Assembly: GCA_964496065.1 (NCBI GenBank)
Contig: CAZBXD010000006.1
Location: 1 to 41,788, forward strand
DNA length: 41,788 nt
Direction of reading: 5' to 3'
From: an uncultured Bdellovibrionales bacterium
GTDB taxonomy: Bacteria > Pseudomonadota > Alphaproteobacteria > Micavibrionales > SZUA-601
Part shown: positions 38,493-41,788 of the stretch, piece after piece
Layout of the letters: the number at the start of each line of letters is the position of its first letter
Numbering within the stretch: position 1 is the first letter of the stretch
The notes under the pieces: model-generated
Databases searched by the model: none
What the model was told of the DNA's origin: nothing
Seen by the model: only the letters and a program-made list of their open reading frames with translations
Program-made: the position numbers and the translations under genes

Positions 38493-39497
38493 TTATTTTA
38501 TAGGCACAAAACCAAGGATATCTTTGACTTCCCTCACGGTTTGATTGGCAACCTTACTCGCCTTTTCCCGTCCATGCGCCAAAATCTTGTCGAGCTCTGC
38601 CTTATCATCGAGGAGTTCATGCATTTTCTGTGAAATCGGCGCGATTGTTTCCACCACAACTTCTGCTAGGGCCGGTTTAAAGGCACCAAAACCTTGTCCG
38701 GCAAAATCATTCAGGACATCTTGTTTGCTGCATTCTTTTAAGGCGGCATAGATTTGCACCAAATTATCCGCCTCTGGCCGATCTTTTAGGCCGGCAACCG
38801 TTTCTGGTAAAACATCTGGATCACTGGTTGCTTTTTTGACTTTCTTGGCAATTAAATCCGCATCATCGAGGAGGTTAATCCGACTCATATCCGATGGGTC
38901 CGACTTACTCATTTTTTTTGTGCCATCGCGCAAGGACATAATCCGTGCCCCTGTTTTTGGAATGACCGGCTCAGGAATAGTAAAATAATCACAATCATAG
39001 CGGTGATTAAAACTGTTAACGATATCACGGGTCAGTTCAACATGTTGTTTTTGATCATCGCCAACCGGGACATGGGTGGGGTGATAAATCAAAATATCCG
39101 CCGCCATCAACGATGGATAGGCATAAAGACCGGCCATCGCCTGATCCTTGTTTTTACCGGCCTTGTCTTTAAATTGTGTCATCCGATTAAGCCATCCCAT
39201 CGAAGTATGACATTGCAAAATCCACCCAAGTTCTGCATGGGCCGGAATCTGTGATTGGACAAAAAACGCAACCTTTTCCGGATCAAGGCCAGCTGCGATA
39301 TAAGACGCCACAACATGATAGGTCCGACCATATAGCTCTTTTGGGTTTTGCGGCACCGTGATCGCATGCATATCGGCAACAAAGAAAAAAGATTCATCAT
39401 AATCTTTTTGCATTGCAATCCAATTTTTAATGGCGCCGATATAATTACCGATCGTCATTTCACTGGTTGGTTGGATCCCGGAGAGAAGTCGTCCCAT
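38493..39497 (-). CDS. trpS: Tryptophan--tRNA ligase
   Basis: SGIQPT, TIGNYIGA, YPSLMAADIL, VPVGDDQKQH, KMSKS. Confidence 0.98.
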   Translation of the reverse strand: MGRLLSGIQPTSEMTIGNYIGAIKNWIAMQKDYDESFFFVADMHAITVPQNPKELYGRTYHVVASYIAAGLDPEKVAFFVQSQIPAHAELGWILQCHTSMGWLNRMTQFKDKAGKNKDQAMAGLYAYPSLMAADILIYHPTHVPVGDDQKQHVELTRDIVNSFNHRYDCDYFTIPEPVIPKTGARIMSLRDGTKKMSKSDPSDMSRINLLDDADLIAKKVKKATSDPDVLPETVAGLKDRPEADNLVQIYAALKECSKQDVLNDFAGQGFGAFKPALAEVVVETIAPISQKMHELLDDKAELDKILAHGREKASKVANQTVREVKDILGFVPIK

Positions 39498-39500
39498 TGC

Positions 39501-41048
39501 TTAGTCCTTTAGCGCTTTTTTGAGTTCTTTGATCGTAACTATTTTCATTGATAAGACAAGGGTAACATAAACACCTTTTCCAATTGCAATAAGATAAGCT
39601 AAGCTTGCAATATCACTTCTTTGTGTTGCGAATGCCCCTTCAATATGTCCTGTATTGTAAGTGTATATAACAAGAGCAGCCCCCATGCCTATACATGACA
39701 CAATAATTTTTATTGTTTTGAACAAAAGATCTCTTGTTAAAAATAAATTCTCATATCGTTCTATTGCCAGATAAAGACACAAGAGTTGCACCCAAGCTGC
39801 AATAGACGTCGCCAGTGCAATCCCAACATGCGCCAGCGGTGTGATTAAAATCAATGAGAAAACAATATTCATAATGGCACCAATGGCCGCAATTTTAACT
39901 GGCGTTTTTGTATTTTCATGCGCATAAAATGTACTAGCAAAGACCTTAATCCCAACAAAGGCAGGAACACCTAAAGCATAAGCAAATAACGTTTTTGCCG
40001 TCGCAAGAGTGGCGGCCTGATCAAAGGCACCACGTTCAAATAAAACACTGACCAATATATTAGGAATCAAAGCCAAAGCCACCGCCGCAGGGAGGGCAAA
40101 TAAAAGACTATAGAATAAAGCATCGTTAAATAACTGATTAGCTTTTTTTGACGGTTTACCACTCAGTGTCTTACTCAATTTTGGTAGCAAGGCTGTCCCC
40201 ATCGCCACACCGATTACCCCAAGGGGAAGTTGCCCTAAACGATCCGCATAATAGAGATATGACACAGATCCAGCAGGCAAAAAAGACGCCAAAATCATAT
40301 CAACAAAAACATTAATCTGAACAATGCCAGCGCCTAAAATCCCTGGTCCCATCAGGCGAAAGAGTTTAGAAATTTTTTCCGAGAGTTGTGGCTTTCGGAG
40401 TTTGATTGCAAGGCCTGCGCGGTGGACAGAATAACCAAGCCAAAAAAACTGCAACACGCCGGCGCCAAACACACCATAAGCCAAGGCATGTGCTGGTGTT
40501 TCACTGTGCGGCGTCAGGCATAAAAGAGCCCCAATCAAACACAAGTTAAATAAGATAGGTGCCGCGGCGAAAGGAGCAAAGCGATCATAAGCATTTAAAA
40601 CGCCCCCTAAAAGCGCAACAACCGACATAAGTGTAAGATAACCAAACGTAATGCGCGTCAAATTAATGGCTAAATCAAAACGCTGTGGGTCATCAATAAA
40701 CCCTGGGGCAATCAAACTTATGATCGTTGGCATAAATATCATCGCCACAGCTGAAAAACCAATTAGAATAAGCAACATAATTGATAGCGCCCGTCCAGCA
40801 AAAATCAGTGCTTGTACTTCACCTTCTTCCTTTAAAGTACGTGAAAAAATTGGTACAAAAGAAACACTAAATGCCCCTTCTGCCGTGATCCGCCGAAAAA
40901 AATTAGGCAGTTTTAGCGCGACAATAAACGCATCCGCAATTGGACCGGCCCCTAAAAAAGCGGCTGTGAGAATATCACGGACAAAACCAAGAAGCCGAGA
41001 CACAAGGGTCAAACTACCAACAGTCAAAGAAGCGCGTAAAAAAGACAT
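39501..41048 (-). CDS. murJ: Lipid II flippase MurJ (MviN)
   Basis: SRLLGFVRD, LPNFFRRITAEGAFS, YYADRLGQLPLG, LFERGAF; many TM helices. Confidence 0.96.
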   Translation of the reverse strand: MSFLRASLTVGSLTLVSRLLGFVRDILTAAFLGAGPIADAFIVALKLPNFFRRITAEGAFSVSFVPIFSRTLKEEGEVQALIFAGRALSIMLLILIGFSAVAMIFMPTIISLIAPGFIDDPQRFDLAINLTRITFGYLTLMSVVALLGGVLNAYDRFAPFAAAPILFNLCLIGALLCLTPHSETPAHALAYGVFGAGVLQFFWLGYSVHRAGLAIKLRKPQLSEKISKLFRLMGPGILGAGIVQINVFVDMILASFLPAGSVSYLYYADRLGQLPLGVIGVAMGTALLPKLSKTLSGKPSKKANQLFNDALFYSLLFALPAAVALALIPNILVSVLFERGAFDQAATLATAKTLFAYALGVPAFVGIKVFASTFYAHENTKTPVKIAAIGAIMNIVFSLILITPLAHVGIALATSIAAWVQLLCLYLAIERYENLFLTRDLLFKTIKIIVSCIGMGAALVIYTYNTGHIEGAFATQRSDIASLAYLIAIGKGVYVTLVLSMKIVTIKELKKALKD

Positions 41049-41059
41049 GGCCTATCCTA

Positions 41060-41788
41060 CTATACCCGACAGCCCGTGTCGTCACAAAATTCCATCTCAT
41101 CAACCAACCGCCTAAAATGATCTGAAAGATTGGCCTCAATTGTGATGGTCTTTTTATGATGGAACGGATCATCAAATGTAATTCGCCGCGCATGAAGATA
41201 GAGTTTATTTTCACCAAATTGCCGGCCATCACCATCATATTTATTATCGCCTAAGACTGGGATGCCGAGATAATTAAGGTGAGCGCGCAATTGATGCTGG
41301 CGCCCGGTTAGTGGTTTTAGTTCAACAAGAGCCATTGTATGCGCTGCATGATCCAAAACGCGATAATCGGTGACGGCACGCTGTCCTTCTTTATCAACAA
41401 CAACCTTATCCTGTCCACCAATATGTTTTTTCAAAAGCGGCGCTTTAATCGTGCCCTCTTTTGGATTAGGCAACCCAACTGTGATCGCAAAATAGGTTTT
41501 TTCAATCTGATGCCCCATAAAGGCTTTCCCTAAACTGGTTGCTGCCTTTCGATGACGGGCTAGAAGTAAAACACCGCTTGTGTCACGATCCAAGCGATGG
41601 ACAAGGCGTGGGCACTCATCACCAGGAAATTCCTTTAAGGCCGCCAACATACCATCAATATGGCGGGGCGTATTTGTTCCTCCTTGTGTTGCAATGCCGG
41701 ACGGTTTATTGATTGCGATGAAATTATCATCCTTATAAATAACTAAAGATTGGATAAGCTTAGTATCCGCCTCCGACACCTCATTTTT
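41060..41788 (-). CDS. RluA-family pseudouridine synthase (RluC-like), probably 5'-truncated
   Basis: INKPSG, HRLDRDTSG, TGRQHQLRAH, LYLHA; frame remains open to the window edge upstream of GTG 41779. Confidence 0.9.
   Translation of the reverse strand, partial: KNEVSEADTKLIQSLVIYKDDNFIAINKPSGIATQGGTNTPRHIDGMLAALKEFPGDECPRLVHRLDRDTSGVLLLARHRKAATSLGKAFMGHQIEKTYFAITVGLPNPKEGTIKAPLLKKHIGGQDKVVVDKEGQRAVTDYRVLDHAAHTMALVELKPLTGRQHQLRAHLNYLGIPVLGDNKYDGDGRQFGENKLYLHARRITFDDPFHHKKTITIEANLSDHFRRLVDEMEFCDDTGCRV

Noticed and set aside
1-41788. CRISPR arrays, IS elements, prophage, rRNA or tRNA genes
   Set aside because: No repeat-spacer pattern, transposase, phage structural module or RNA gene other than tmRNA was recognised; the fibre-like gene has no phage neighbours

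Overview
Chromosomal window from an alphaproteobacterium (circularly permuted two-piece tmRNA with a GGCGGUA T-loop, alpha-type SspB, thyA-ssrA-sspB synteny); the pilin families suggest a Micavibrio-like lineage, which is inference. Nearly all genes are on the minus strand. Two distinct type IV filament (T4F) clusters flank a short housekeeping block (pyk, sspB, ssrA, thyA, folA). Cluster 2 (about 17.0-36.5 kb) is an MSHA/T4aP-like retractile pilus with PilD, PilT, PilU, an MshL-like secretin, an MshEN-type PilB, PilC, four canonical G|FxxxE prepilins and a split PilG/H/I-like ABC module. Cluster 1 (1-13.0 kb) is the unusual one. It is a T4bP-like operon: lone receiver protein, lipoprotein secretin, triple-Ig/PilP-like protein, ATPase, platform, GspL/M-like pair and two non-canonical G|N pilins without Glu5. 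It ends in a gene of at least 1043 codons (1..3129, absent from the ORF track because it runs off the window) that fuses a prepilin-like N-terminus and pilin head to a phage-tail-fibre/YadA-like repetitive adhesin. The right end holds tsaB, a NifU/NfuA gene, a secreted hypothetical, trpS, murJ and a truncated RluA-family gene. No mobile element or CRISPR array was seen. All family assignments are from motif reading, not database searches.
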